Assembly: GCA_016699955.1 (NCBI GenBank)
Contig: CP064993.1
Coordinates: 1,050,001 to 1,082,000, forward strand
Direction: 5' to 3'
From: Candidatus Saccharimonadota bacterium
GTDB taxonomy: Bacteria; Patescibacteriota; Saccharimonadia; Saccharimonadales; UBA4665
Length of the DNA: 32,000 nucleotides
Notes under the pieces: generated by a model
Seen by the model: the letters and a program-made list of their open reading frames with translations, nothing else
Database searches by the model: none
Told to the model about the DNA's origin: nothing
In this document: piece after piece, positions 16,442-24,724 of the stretch
Layout of the letters: each line of letters starts with the position of its first letter
Numbering within the stretch: position 1 is the first letter of the stretch
Position numbers and translations under genes: made by a program

Positions 16442-16450
16442 TGAGACAAT
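16442..16450 (+). promoter_or_regulatory. Extended -10-like element (TGaGACAAT) 6 nt upstream of the nadD ATG
   Basis: TGA-GACAAT-ggttat-ATG, with no SD. Confidence 0.25.
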
Positions 16451-16456
16451 GGTTAT

Positions 16457-17053
16457 ATGGTTGCACAAAAACAAAACGTAATTGTGTTTGGGGGCGCGTT
16501 CAGCCCGCCAACGTTGGCGCATGAGGCGCTGCTGCGTGAGTGTCTTGCCCTCCCAGGGTTTGATGAGGTATGGCTGCTACCTTCAGGCAACCGGACGGAC
16601 AAACATATTTCTGTCACGCACGCACATCAGTTAGCCATGCTAGGCATCCTCCGAGACGAGCTGTCTGGCAATGGTAACCGACTTCGTATCGACACCACAG
16701 AAGTGGAACGTACGCTATCCACCGAGACAGACGACACCTACCGTGAGCTAACTACAAAATACCCAGCAGTGTCTTTCCGGTTCGTATACGGCGCAGACAG
16801 CTACGAGACAATTCGCACATGGCAAAATGGTTCATGGCTCGCCAGTCATCTTCCCGTTTTGATCGCCCCAAGAAATGGCGCAGCATTACCGAAGCCAAAT
16901 AGTTATATTGAGATACTACAGTCACTCCCACTTGAGCTTCAGCACATTTCTTCGACAGCAGCAAGGGCTGCCCTAGAAAGAGGTGAAGATGTAACGGCCT
17001 TCGTGTCGCCCGCGATTGCCCAGTACATTAGCAGCCACAATTTGTTTGTGTGA
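16457..17053 (+). CDS. nadD: Nicotinate/nicotinamide-nucleotide adenylyltransferase
   Basis: N-terminal FGGAFSPPTLAHEAL (a variant of GxFxPxHxGH) and C-terminal ISSTAARAAL (ISSTxxR). Confidence 0.85.
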   Translation: MVAQKQNVIVFGGAFSPPTLAHEALLRECLALPGFDEVWLLPSGNRTDKHISVTHAHQLAMLGILRDELSGNGNRLRIDTTEVERTLSTETDDTYRELTTKYPAVSFRFVYGADSYETIRTWQNGSWLASHLPVLIAPRNGAALPKPNSYIEILQSLPLELQHISSTAARAALERGEDVTAFVSPAIAQYISSHNLFV

Positions 17054-17063
17054 GCAACTCCGG

Positions 17064-17705
17064 CTACGATTCGTTACCAAGTACACGTTGAATCTGGTGC
17101 CAAGCCGCAATCGGGTCATTACCGTGAAGATAGCCCCCGCAGTTAATGACGTCTACACCACTCTCCATAATCTGCCCAGCATTCGTATCATTCGCACCAC
17201 CATCCCAACCAATTTCAAGCTGAGGCTTGAGCGCGCGCAGTTGCTTGGCTTTAGCTAAAATATCCAAATTAACTCCCTCTGGCCCCGTGTTTTGCCCAAG
17301 CGTCCCGGCAAATATTAGCACATGGTCTATCAGCTCAAGTGCTGGAATGATAGCTTCGACTGGGGTTTCTCGGAGTAGCGACACGCCGGCTTCTATGCCG
17401 TGTCGGTGCATTTCGCGGGCAAAAGCCATAAAATCTCCTTCCGCCTCTGCATGGACAATCACAAGTTGTGGACCGAGCGCTTTCAGAGCGGCAACGTGTA
17501 AAAAGGGCTCTTTAAACATGACGTGCAAATCCGCTCTCATGCCGCCCGGCCACCAGACATCCTCGACAGCGGTCAGTTTACGTGCAAATATACCGTCCGC
17601 AAGATCAATATGGACGCGAGTCGCATAGGTCGCTATTACTTCCATTTGCTCCCTATACACGTCTGAGTCGTCGGTCGTCACCGTAGGACATACTGTTACA
17701 CTCAT
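17064..17705 (-). CDS. rpe: Ribulose-phosphate 3-epimerase-like protein (divergent)
   Basis: HIDLADG, DLHVMF, VHAEA, IFAGTLGQNTG and IGWDGGAN correspond to the Rpe motifs HxDxMDG, DxHLM, xHxE, PGFxGQ and VDGG. Confidence 0.78.
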   Translation of the reverse strand: MSVTVCPTVTTDDSDVYREQMEVIATYATRVHIDLADGIFARKLTAVEDVWWPGGMRADLHVMFKEPFLHVAALKALGPQLVIVHAEAEGDFMAFAREMHRHGIEAGVSLLRETPVEAIIPALELIDHVLIFAGTLGQNTGPEGVNLDILAKAKQLRALKPQLEIGWDGGANDTNAGQIMESGVDVINCGGYLHGNDPIAAWHQIQRVLGNES

Positions 17706-17796
17706 AGCGCAACATTCCTGGCCAATTTTACCCGGGTTGCGTAAAACTCATCTGTTTGATCCACCCGGGATGCTTTATTTGTCATCAGCATACTAC

Positions 17797-18288
17797 TTAC
17801 TCCTGATCGAGTTTACGGATGCGGCGAGCATGCCGCTCGGCACCGCTAAATGGCGTCTCTAGCCATATTTTAAGTGCAGTTTTCATTTCATCGAATGTTA
17901 AAAAACGTCCTGACAAGCTGAGTACGTTCGCATCATTATGCTCGCGCGAAAGTTTCACAATTTCATACGGGTCATCACTCATGGTACCTTTGGCGTCTAC
18001 AGCCGTTTTTGCAACAACGGGGCCATAAAATAACGCCGCCCTGACACCAGGTATGCGGTTTGCGGCGATTGCCTCTCCTTGGCCACTGCCCCCCATTATG
18101 ACCCCGCGCTCGCAGTCGCCACGAGCCACAGCACGGGCCGCTGGAAACATAAAGTCAGGATAGTCGTCTTCAGCGTCGAACACTGCCGGGCCGTAAGATA
18201 CGCACTCGTGACCAAGACTTTCCAGAAAAACTTTTAGCTCTTGCAACGCTTCAAATCCTGCGTGGTCGGTAGTAAGTGCTATTTTCAT
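17797..18288 (-). CDS. rpiB: Ribose-5-phosphate isomerase B, mycobacterial type (Glu catalytic base)
   Basis: TTDHAGFE, GVIMGGSGQGEAIAANRIPGVRAAL (compare M. tuberculosis GIVLGGSGNGEQIAANKVPGARCAL), SREHNDANVL and ERHARRI. Confidence 0.9.
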   Translation of the reverse strand: MKIALTTDHAGFEALQELKVFLESLGHECVSYGPAVFDAEDDYPDFMFPAARAVARGDCERGVIMGGSGQGEAIAANRIPGVRAALFYGPVVAKTAVDAKGTMSDDPYEIVKLSREHNDANVLSLSGRFLTFDEMKTALKIWLETPFSGAERHARRIRKLDQE

Positions 18289-18298
18289 ACTGACTCCG

Positions 18299-18745
18299 TT
18301 ACCCTAGTTCATCCAACTGTTCAATACGTCGTTTGTAGCGAGGCGCTCCAGAAAATGGTGTCATTAACCACGTTTGAACCACACCAACCGTCTGCTCAAA
18401 ATCGAGGCTATGTGCCGGTAGGCATAATACGTTGCTATCATTGTCATTACGAGAATCACGAACAGTTTCTTGGTTCCAGCCTACGCAAGCTCGAATACCC
18501 TTAAACCGATTTGCCGCTATTGCCATCCCCTGCCCGCCACCTGTAATTAAAATCCCGCCAACGTCTGTGGATTCGTCTGACGCCATGGCTTGTACCACCT
18601 TTGCTGCAAACTGTGGAAAGTCATCGTCTGGGTGTTTTTCGTTGTCACCTTCGTCAACCACTTCATAACCGCCCCGGCGTAAATAGTCGGCCAGGGTCGC
18701 TTTCATCTCAAAACCGTTATGGTCCGCTCCTATAAAAAGTTTCAT
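18299..18745 (-). CDS. RpiB/LacA/LacB-family sugar-phosphate isomerase paralog lacking the usual catalytic residues
   Basis: GADHNGFE, GILITGGGQGMAIAANRFKGIRAC, SRNDNDSNVL and PRYKRRI. The fold motifs are present, but the Cys/Glu base and the His of HN are replaced. Confidence 0.8.
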   Translation of the reverse strand: MKLFIGADHNGFEMKATLADYLRRGGYEVVDEGDNEKHPDDDFPQFAAKVVQAMASDESTDVGGILITGGGQGMAIAANRFKGIRACVGWNQETVRDSRNDNDSNVLCLPAHSLDFEQTVGVVQTWLMTPFSGAPRYKRRIEQLDELG

Positions 18746-18753
18746 CTACTGCA

Positions 18754-19590
18754 TCAATCCTTTCGATTTCTAATATACAGTAGCACAACCGGTATCCACC
18801 CGGCCACCCCGTAAAGCCCTAGAAGATAAATTGGCAGCATGATTATCGCCTGGAGTAGCGAATGCAAATCATCCACCCCAAAAATGCGTGTGGCTGTGTA
18901 TGAAATTGCTGCTAGCACCATAGAGCCACCCCAATACGCCGAATATCTGTAGACTTTTTTAATATCTAATGTCGGTTCGTGTATTTTTGCCTTTGTGACA
19001 TGCCATTTATTTTCATCTTCCTCGGCCGCCCGGGCTTGTTCAGCCTTCTTTTTATCGGCAATATGAGTAGAAATAGTCGCATATGGGTCAGGGTTAGTTG
19101 GCGCAATAGTGTCTGTCTTGATAGGGGATTGTTGAACAACGGTTTTCTGTTTTTTGGTTTTCAGAAATGTACCGAGTGCAAGTAATTCTTTCGAGTCCAA
19201 CGGTCCGAGATGATTGGTCTTGGCAGGTTGAACAGGATCGTTGGATTGAACTTGCGTGCGAACGGGGGGTGGTACGGGTAAGTTTGCATGGGGCGCAGGA
19301 GAAACCGACTTCGGTTTGTGTGCGGGAAGTGGGTCGCTCTGTTTTGCTTCGGGCGCTAACTCTTGCGGTTTCAGTTCGCTCAAGGCTGGCTGGGCGGCAA
19401 CCTGAGCAGTGTTGGCTACTTGGTTACTGTTAGCTTGTATTACGGCGCCCACCATTGTCTCTGCCGGTGGTGGATACTGAATTTTTGCAAGGGCAGCCTC
19501 TAAAGAAGCTGTTTTTTCATCTTTTTTGCTACCCGGTGTTTGAGCGGATTGTGGTGGTGATGTTCCTAAGTTTTTACGATGCCATGCCAT
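18754..19590 (-). CDS. Hypothetical proline-rich membrane protein (278 aa)
   Basis: GGAG SD 7 nt upstream of the ATG. The first 210 aa or so are low-complexity and rich in P/Q/A/K. The C-terminus has 2-3 hydrophobic helices (WGGSMVLAAISYTATRIFGV, LLQAIIMLPIYLLGLYGVAGWIPVVLLYI). Confidence 0.7.
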   Translation of the reverse strand: MAWHRKNLGTSPPQSAQTPGSKKDEKTASLEAALAKIQYPPPAETMVGAVIQANSNQVANTAQVAAQPALSELKPQELAPEAKQSDPLPAHKPKSVSPAPHANLPVPPPVRTQVQSNDPVQPAKTNHLGPLDSKELLALGTFLKTKKQKTVVQQSPIKTDTIAPTNPDPYATISTHIADKKKAEQARAAEEDENKWHVTKAKIHEPTLDIKKVYRYSAYWGGSMVLAAISYTATRIFGVDDLHSLLQAIIMLPIYLLGLYGVAGWIPVVLLYIRNRKD

Positions 19591-19603
19591 AGGCAGACTC
19601 CTG

Positions 19604-20620
19604 TTACGATGCGTGTAATAATCGACCAGTATCGGCTACGACTTCGACAAGCCGGTTACAATAGCCCCACTCATTGTCGTACCACACCATTACCTTTACA
19701 AGGTTTCCGGCGACAACTTTTGTCAGCAATAAGTCCACTACGCCACTATGGCTGTTGCCTATGTAATCGCTACTGACCAGTGGCTCTTCGCTAACCCCCA
19801 AAATACCTTGATAGTAAGGTTCGGCGGCAGCTTTTTTAAAAGCTTCGTTAACTTCTTCAACAGTGACACTACGCTTGAGTAGAGCCGTCACGTCACTTAG
19901 GCTAACCACGGGTGTTGGTACCCGTATACTCAGGCCGTCAAATTTACCCTTGAGCTGTGGCAATGTAAGAGTGACTGCAATTGCCGCGCCTGTTGTAGTT
20001 GGCACTATGTTTTCGGCAGCGTTGCGACCTTCACGGAGGTCTTTAGACGGTGCGTCTTGTACAACCTGGCTTGCGGTATAGCTGTGGACGGTTGTAAGCA
20101 TGGATTTTTCTATACCAAATTCACTTTCAAGCACATTCATAACCGCACCCAGTGAGTTTGTAGTACAACTAGCGTTACTGATGATTTCAGTTGCGCCTTG
20201 CAGAATATCATCGTTTGCGCCCAGAACAACAGTATCTATACCATCACTCTTGGTCGGCCCGCTTATAACAACTCGCTTTGCTCCTGCCTTAAGATGGCCA
20301 CCAGCGCCTTCTTTATCAGTAAAGCGACCGGTGCTCTCGATGACAACATCGACCCCCATATCGCCCCATGGCAATAATGCTGGGTCTTTCTCTGCACATA
20401 CCAAGATTGGCTCGCCATCGACTATAATGTTTTTCTCGTCGTGTGTTATTTCTCGGTCATAGGTACCGTAGTTTGTGTCATGCTTGAGCAAATATGCCAA
20501 GGTTTTTGTGTCAGTCAGGTCATTGACCGCAACTACCTCCACGTCATCACGGGCATGCATAATTTTGAACGCGTTGCGACCAATTCGCCCAAACCCGTTT
20601 ATCGCCACCTTTGTCTTCAT
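19604..20620 (-). CDS. gap: Type I glyceraldehyde-3-phosphate dehydrogenase
   Basis: INGFGRIGR, SNASCTTNS and WYDNEWGY. I prefer ATG 20620 with AGGTGG SD 8 nt upstream; the track start GTG 20632 lies inside that SD. Confidence 0.95.
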   Translation of the reverse strand: MKTKVAINGFGRIGRNAFKIMHARDDVEVVAVNDLTDTKTLAYLLKHDTNYGTYDREITHDEKNIIVDGEPILVCAEKDPALLPWGDMGVDVVIESTGRFTDKEGAGGHLKAGAKRVVISGPTKSDGIDTVVLGANDDILQGATEIISNASCTTNSLGAVMNVLESEFGIEKSMLTTVHSYTASQVVQDAPSKDLREGRNAAENIVPTTTGAAIAVTLTLPQLKGKFDGLSIRVPTPVVSLSDVTALLKRSVTVEEVNEAFKKAAAEPYYQGILGVSEEPLVSSDYIGNSHSGVVDLLLTKVVAGNLVKVMVWYDNEWGYCNRLVEVVADTGRLLHAS

Positions 20621-20642
20621 AGAATAATCCACCTTTGTCCGT

Positions 20643-20670
20643 TTTATACTGCTTACGTTTCTATTGTAAA
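20643..20670 (-). promoter_or_regulatory. Sigma-70-like promoter of the gap operon (TTTACA-16 nt-TATAAA)
   Basis: The minus strand reads TTTACAatagaaacgtaagcagTATAAAacggacaaAGGTGGattattctATG. Confidence 0.35.
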
Positions 20671-20695
20671 CTAATCACGCTGTAAATCCATAGAC

Positions 20696-21157
20696 TTAAG
20701 CGGCGAGAGCAGCTGGAGCCCTGCTGCCGTTAATTTCGTTTACGGCCGTTTCTACTAGGTTATGCCAGTGTGTATCCTTAAACCAGTCTGACAGTTCACA
20801 CAGAGGCACGAGCATTGCACCCTCATGCTCGCTACTCAACCTAACATCAAGACCACGCAAAGGTACCTTATTAACATATAGTGCTCGACCGTTATGCTCG
20901 TTTGGACTGTCGCTGCTTTCGCCAAGAACCAAACCTGTCTCCTCGAGCACTTCTCGGGCGAGTGCATTTGCCACAGATTCTTCGTGGTTACGCGAGCCGC
21001 CTGGCAGATCAGGTTTCAAATGACAATCACCGGCTTTTTTTAAAAGCACCAGGACTAAGTCCGCTTCTGGATCCCATATAAGAACCTTAACTGAATGTGG
21101 CAGTTCGTGTTCGTGCTTTGCCTCGTGTCCGTTATTGTGAGTGTGTTTTTTGCTCAT
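20696..21157 (-). CDS. NUDIX hydrolase with a His-rich N-terminus
   Basis: Canonical Nudix box GGSRNHEESVANALAREVLEETGL (Gx5Ex7REVxEExGL). The N-terminus is MSKKHTHNNGHEAKHEHELPH. Confidence 0.85.
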   Translation of the reverse strand: MSKKHTHNNGHEAKHEHELPHSVKVLIWDPEADLVLVLLKKAGDCHLKPDLPGGSRNHEESVANALAREVLEETGLVLGESSDSPNEHNGRALYVNKVPLRGLDVRLSSEHEGAMLVPLCELSDWFKDTHWHNLVETAVNEINGSRAPAALAA

Positions 21158-21194
21158 AGCGAGTTTTGTTTTTTTTAGAGTATTACTATAAGAA

Positions 21195-21791
21195 TTATAC
21201 GCCTGTACGCAAGTCTTTTCCTGAAAATGTCGGGAGATTGGTCAGCTCTTCTAGGGAACCCACCGTTTCAAGTAAATCGGCGCTTTCACCGATGAATCCC
21301 ACCTTATTGGCCGCCAAGAGTTTTACCTCGCTGAACTCCAACAGTTCTGCCACGATGTTTTCCCCGGGATCATGATGTACTTCTTGCTGACCTGAGACGT
21401 CCCAAGCCACCACTAGGTGGACGAACCACTCCATTTTTTTGATAGGCTGCCATACTTTGACTAGACGCCAGCTGTTAAAAAGATAGCCCGTTTCTTCAAG
21501 CACTTCTCGTTGTGCCGCAGCAATAATATCAGCGTCGCTACTTTCTACCCGACCGCCCGGAAAACTACGCCGCTTACCGCTGTTGGGCTGCTCCTCGTCA
21601 AGCACAATCACTTTACCGTCGACAATACACATTACACTAGCTGTATCGGGTCGACGGAGCATTTCAAACGTTGCATAAGAACCGTCAAACAGTACTTGCT
21701 GCCACTGATATACGTCAAAAATCTCGCCCCGAAACACGCATTTTGCTTGTTCTGGGATAAGAACGGCGTCACTGGGAACAACTTTTACCAT
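21195..21791 (-). CDS. NUDIX hydrolase (ADP-ribose pyrophosphatase-like)
   Basis: PGGRVESSDADIIAAAQREVLEETGY. I prefer ATG 21791, 4 nt after the ppa stop. The track start 21866 would overlap ppa by 71 nt. Confidence 0.8.
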   Translation of the reverse strand: MVKVVPSDAVLIPEQAKCVFRGEIFDVYQWQQVLFDGSYATFEMLRRPDTASVMCIVDGKVIVLDEEQPNSGKRRSFPGGRVESSDADIIAAAQREVLEETGYLFNSWRLVKVWQPIKKMEWFVHLVVAWDVSGQQEVHHDPGENIVAELLEFSEVKLLAANKVGFIGESADLLETVGSLEELTNLPTFSGKDLRTGV

Positions 21792-21795
21792 ACGA

Positions 21796-22326
21796 TTATT
21801 TCTGGTTATAGCGGTCAATGCATTCTTTGATAATGCGCTTGGCTTCTTCGGCGTCTCCCCAACCAACTACTTTAGTTGAGCCGGGCTTTTTCAAATCTTT
21901 GTAATGGCTAAAATGATGCTCGATTTTTTGGCGCCAACGCGTGTGAAGGTCGTCCAGTGATTGCAGGGCGTCATCTGTGTTACGGTCGTCTGCTGGCACG
22001 CAGATAATCTTGTCGTCTACCTCACCGTCATCCTCAAACTTCATTACGCCAATAACCTTAGCTTCAAGAAACACCCCCGTTGGGATTGGTTCGTTGGTCA
22101 GCACGAGCGTATCAAGCTCATCACCATCTTCATCAAGCGTCTGAGGTATGAAGCCGTAGTTGACCGGTTTTGCGAATATGCTTGGCTCAACGCGGTCTAG
22201 TTGAAACGCCGCCACCTTGCGGTTCCACTCAATTTTTAAGCTTGACCATTTTGGGATTTCGACAACGGTGTTAATCATGCCGGCATCGACATTTCCTGGG
22301 GTCAGTACTACGTTAAAATCGGGCAT
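21796..22326 (-). CDS. ppa: Inorganic pyrophosphatase (family I)
   Basis: VVEIPKWSSLKIEW, YGFIPQTLDEDGDELDTLVL (compare DGDPLD) and DDKIICVP. GGAGGA SD 6 nt upstream. Confidence 0.93.
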   Translation of the reverse strand: MPDFNVVLTPGNVDAGMINTVVEIPKWSSLKIEWNRKVAAFQLDRVEPSIFAKPVNYGFIPQTLDEDGDELDTLVLTNEPIPTGVFLEAKVIGVMKFEDDGEVDDKIICVPADDRNTDDALQSLDDLHTRWRQKIEHHFSHYKDLKKPGSTKVVGWGDAEEAKRIIKECIDRYNQK

Positions 22327-22417
22327 TCATATTCCTCCGTAATTAGTAGCTTGTTATTAGTAGCTGGCAGACAGGTTTCCCCTACAACCATGTACGGTAA
22401 TATTGTACACTAAAGTA

Positions 22418-23083
22418 GTGAAAATCATTGGGCACCGCGGCACAAGGGGTTTATGCCCCGAAAACACCATTGCAAGTATATTAAAAGCAATCGACCACGA
22501 CGTAGACATGGTTGAATTTGACGTTCGGGTCACCAAAGATGGCGTGGCCATATTGCACCACGATCAAGCCATCGTCGACCCTAGCGGCAACGAGCTGATA
22601 ATTGCTCACACCACTTACGCTGAGCTCCTCCGCCACAAGCCAGATCTGGCGGCGCTCGACCATGCAATTCGCGCCGTCCAACACCACTGCCCCATGATGA
22701 TAGAAATTAAGCCTGGCGTGCCGGTGAAACAAACTGTGGCCGTCATACGCGACCGCCTGGCGCGGGGCTGGCGGCTAAACGAATTTATGATTGCGTCGTT
22801 TGACTATCAGTTACTGCGGTATGTAAAACGCGCCTTTCCCAAAGTGACACTGGTAGTAATAGAGCGCTGGTCAGGAGTTCGCGCAACCTCACGTGCCCGC
22901 CGACTTGGCACAAAGTACATTAGTATGAATCAAAAGTGGCTATGGCTCGGTTTTTTGAAACTCATGAAAAAAAAGGGATACAGACTCTCGGCCTACACCG
23001 TAAACGACCCAGCGCGCGCCAAAAAATGGAAACCTTACTTATATGCAATAATTACCGACCGCCCCGACCTGTTCAAAAAATAG
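22418..23083 (+). CDS. Glycerophosphodiester phosphodiesterase (GDPD family)
   Basis: KIIGHRGTRGLCPENTIASILKAIDHDVDMVEFDVRVTKDGVAILHHD is the classic GDPD N-terminus. I prefer GTG 22418 (TACACT 6 nt upstream); the track starts at TTG 22403. Confidence 0.85.
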   Translation: MKIIGHRGTRGLCPENTIASILKAIDHDVDMVEFDVRVTKDGVAILHHDQAIVDPSGNELIIAHTTYAELLRHKPDLAALDHAIRAVQHHCPMMIEIKPGVPVKQTVAVIRDRLARGWRLNEFMIASFDYQLLRYVKRAFPKVTLVVIERWSGVRATSRARRLGTKYISMNQKWLWLGFLKLMKKKGYRLSAYTVNDPARAKKWKPYLYAIITDRPDLFKK

Positions 23084-23203
23084 TACATTCTTTCACTACA
23101 GTAGCCGCCCCAGCTTTGGGAGGACAGTCCTCCGAAAAGTACAACCCGTGAATTTTTTCCGCTATTGCTGTATGTTTTCAGATCTATTTATCAATTTCTG
23201 GGA

Positions 23204-23212
23204 TGTTACACT
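23204..23212 (+). promoter_or_regulatory. Extended -10 element (TGtTACACT) 6 nt upstream of ATG 23219
   Basis: TGT-TACACT-tgaggc-ATG, with no SD. Confidence 0.35.
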
Positions 23213-23218
23213 TGAGGC

Positions 23219-23893
23219 ATGGAAGTTATACTTGAGGACAAACGCACGATTGCACACAACGTCTGCGAGTTTGTATTCAAGCCAATAAAGCCGGTAGAGT
23301 ATGTACCAGGCCAGTACGCCCGCTACACCTTTCCATTTCACATTGACGACCCTAGGGACAAACAACATCGCACATTTACGCTCACCTCTCACCCAAGCGA
23401 TGACGACATTCGCATCATTACTAGGCTAGACCCGCCACTAAGTGTATACAAACGGTGCCTACTCGACCTCAAGCCCGGCAAGATCATGCACATTGACGAG
23501 CCACGTGGTGATGCCGTGTTGCCTCGACTCGCGACAACACCCCTTATTTTTGTCGCCCAGGGCATAGCTTTGGCAAGCTACCTTTCTATGCTCACTGAAT
23601 GTGCGAGGTCTAACCTCGCACACCAGATCACGCTGCTGTGGGCGCGGCGAAGCGAAGACGACGCCTTAAAAAAACTCATCCCCTGTGAAGTGCCTCACCT
23701 GACTCGCATAGATACGCACTACCCTGACCGTCTGAGCGCAAGGGATATACTGGCACATATCAAGCCAGCCAGCCTCATCTACCTTTCTGGGAGCCAACGA
23801 TTTGTGGAGACTCTAGGTGCCGCCCTTGAGGCAGACGGCATGCCCCGCGAACGCCTCATCTACGACTATTACAGCGGCTACGCGAATTTATAG
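23219..23893 (+). CDS. Ferredoxin-NADP reductase-like FAD/NAD(P)-binding oxidoreductase
   Basis: HRTFTLTS (an RxYS-type FAD motif), a beta-barrel-like N-terminal half, LIFVAQGIALASYLSM in the position of the GGxGxxP NAD motif, and a C-terminal IYLSGSQRFV. Confidence 0.68.
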   Translation: MEVILEDKRTIAHNVCEFVFKPIKPVEYVPGQYARYTFPFHIDDPRDKQHRTFTLTSHPSDDDIRIITRLDPPLSVYKRCLLDLKPGKIMHIDEPRGDAVLPRLATTPLIFVAQGIALASYLSMLTECARSNLAHQITLLWARRSEDDALKKLIPCEVPHLTRIDTHYPDRLSARDILAHIKPASLIYLSGSQRFVETLGAALEADGMPRERLIYDYYSGYANL

Positions 23894-23950
23894 TCAGTAT
23901 AGCGCTCTTGCTTGCATCGTGCGTGAAATACCCTCATAGTAGTGGTACCT

Positions 23951-24505
23951 ATGAGTATTCACCCGAACGACGTAGAAACGCCAGATCCTTTTGAAGGTCT
24001 AGATTATATTCCTAAGGAATTAAGAACCCTCGATAAACCACCAGTACCCATTACTGTAATCAATTGCGACCCTGCCCTAAACGTTAGGGATCCGCATGAT
24101 TTGTTTGGGCTCGAGATACTCCTTGGCGGCCTCGCTGGCGTACGCCCTTTCGGCGTACAAACCGAAGCAAGAATGCATGCTCGTTCAGAATTCAGTTCAT
24201 TAGTTGCGAGAGGGCTGATAAATCCCGAACTATTAAGCGACCTCGGCCACGTTGGCTGTACTGATTTATCTGCTAAAAAATTAACAGATAGCTCTGACTT
24301 GGCTGCCCAGATAGCCGCAACAAATCCTAAAAAAGCAGTCGTGATTATTACCCCCGATACAGTGGTCTGGCAACCCCTGAAGCAGGCTGTAAAAAAACAG
24401 GTGCGTGTCGCAGTCTACCGGGCGGAATATAAGCGCCGGAGCCCACCAACCGAAAGAGGCATGAAGTGGACTATCACTGCCGATTCAAATAATACGGCAG
24501 ACTAG
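23951..24505 (+). CDS. Hypothetical protein (184 aa; 187 aa from GTG 23942)
   Basis: A clean ORF with natural composition and no motif I recognise. Its stop lies 3 nt from the convergent 71-aa ORF. Confidence 0.6.
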   Translation: MSIHPNDVETPDPFEGLDYIPKELRTLDKPPVPITVINCDPALNVRDPHDLFGLEILLGGLAGVRPFGVQTEARMHARSEFSSLVARGLINPELLSDLGHVGCTDLSAKKLTDSSDLAAQIAATNPKKAVVIITPDTVVWQPLKQAVKKQVRVAVYRAEYKRRSPPTERGMKWTITADSNNTAD

Positions 24506-24508
24506 TTT

Positions 24509-24724
24509 TTAGTCGGTTTGCGGCAATTTAGGCCCCTTGTACGAATTTGTAGCTAGCGGGTCAATCTCCGGCGGCTTGGCATCCCGCTTATCCGTAACCG
24601 CTGTATAAACCACTACGGAACCGAGCCGGGGGTGCTCGACGCCACGTTGTTTTGCTGCCTCGTGCGCTTTTTCCGCCAAATCCTGACTCATTATTCCCTC
24701 GACTGCCTCAGGCCCACCAGTCAT
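24509..24724 (-). CDS. Hypothetical small protein (71 aa) translationally coupled to trxB
   Basis: Its ATG overlaps the trxB stop (TAATG at 24722-24726). The sequence is charged and Pro/Lys-rich. Confidence 0.5.
   Translation of the reverse strand: MTGGPEAVEGIMSQDLAEKAHEAAKQRGVEHPRLGSVVVYTAVTDKRDAKPPEIDPLATNSYKGPKLPQTD

Noticed and set aside
15437-16466. Longer N-terminal extensions given in the ORF track for both transketolase subunits (15472 and 16466), and likewise 20632 (gap), 21866 (NUDIX), 26170 (redoxin), 3183 (gatA) and 22403 (GDPD)
   Set aside because: The extensions add non-conserved residues. They overlap upstream genes or SD sequences, or lack an RBS. Downstream in-frame starts have SD or -10 context and match the usual N-termini of these families.
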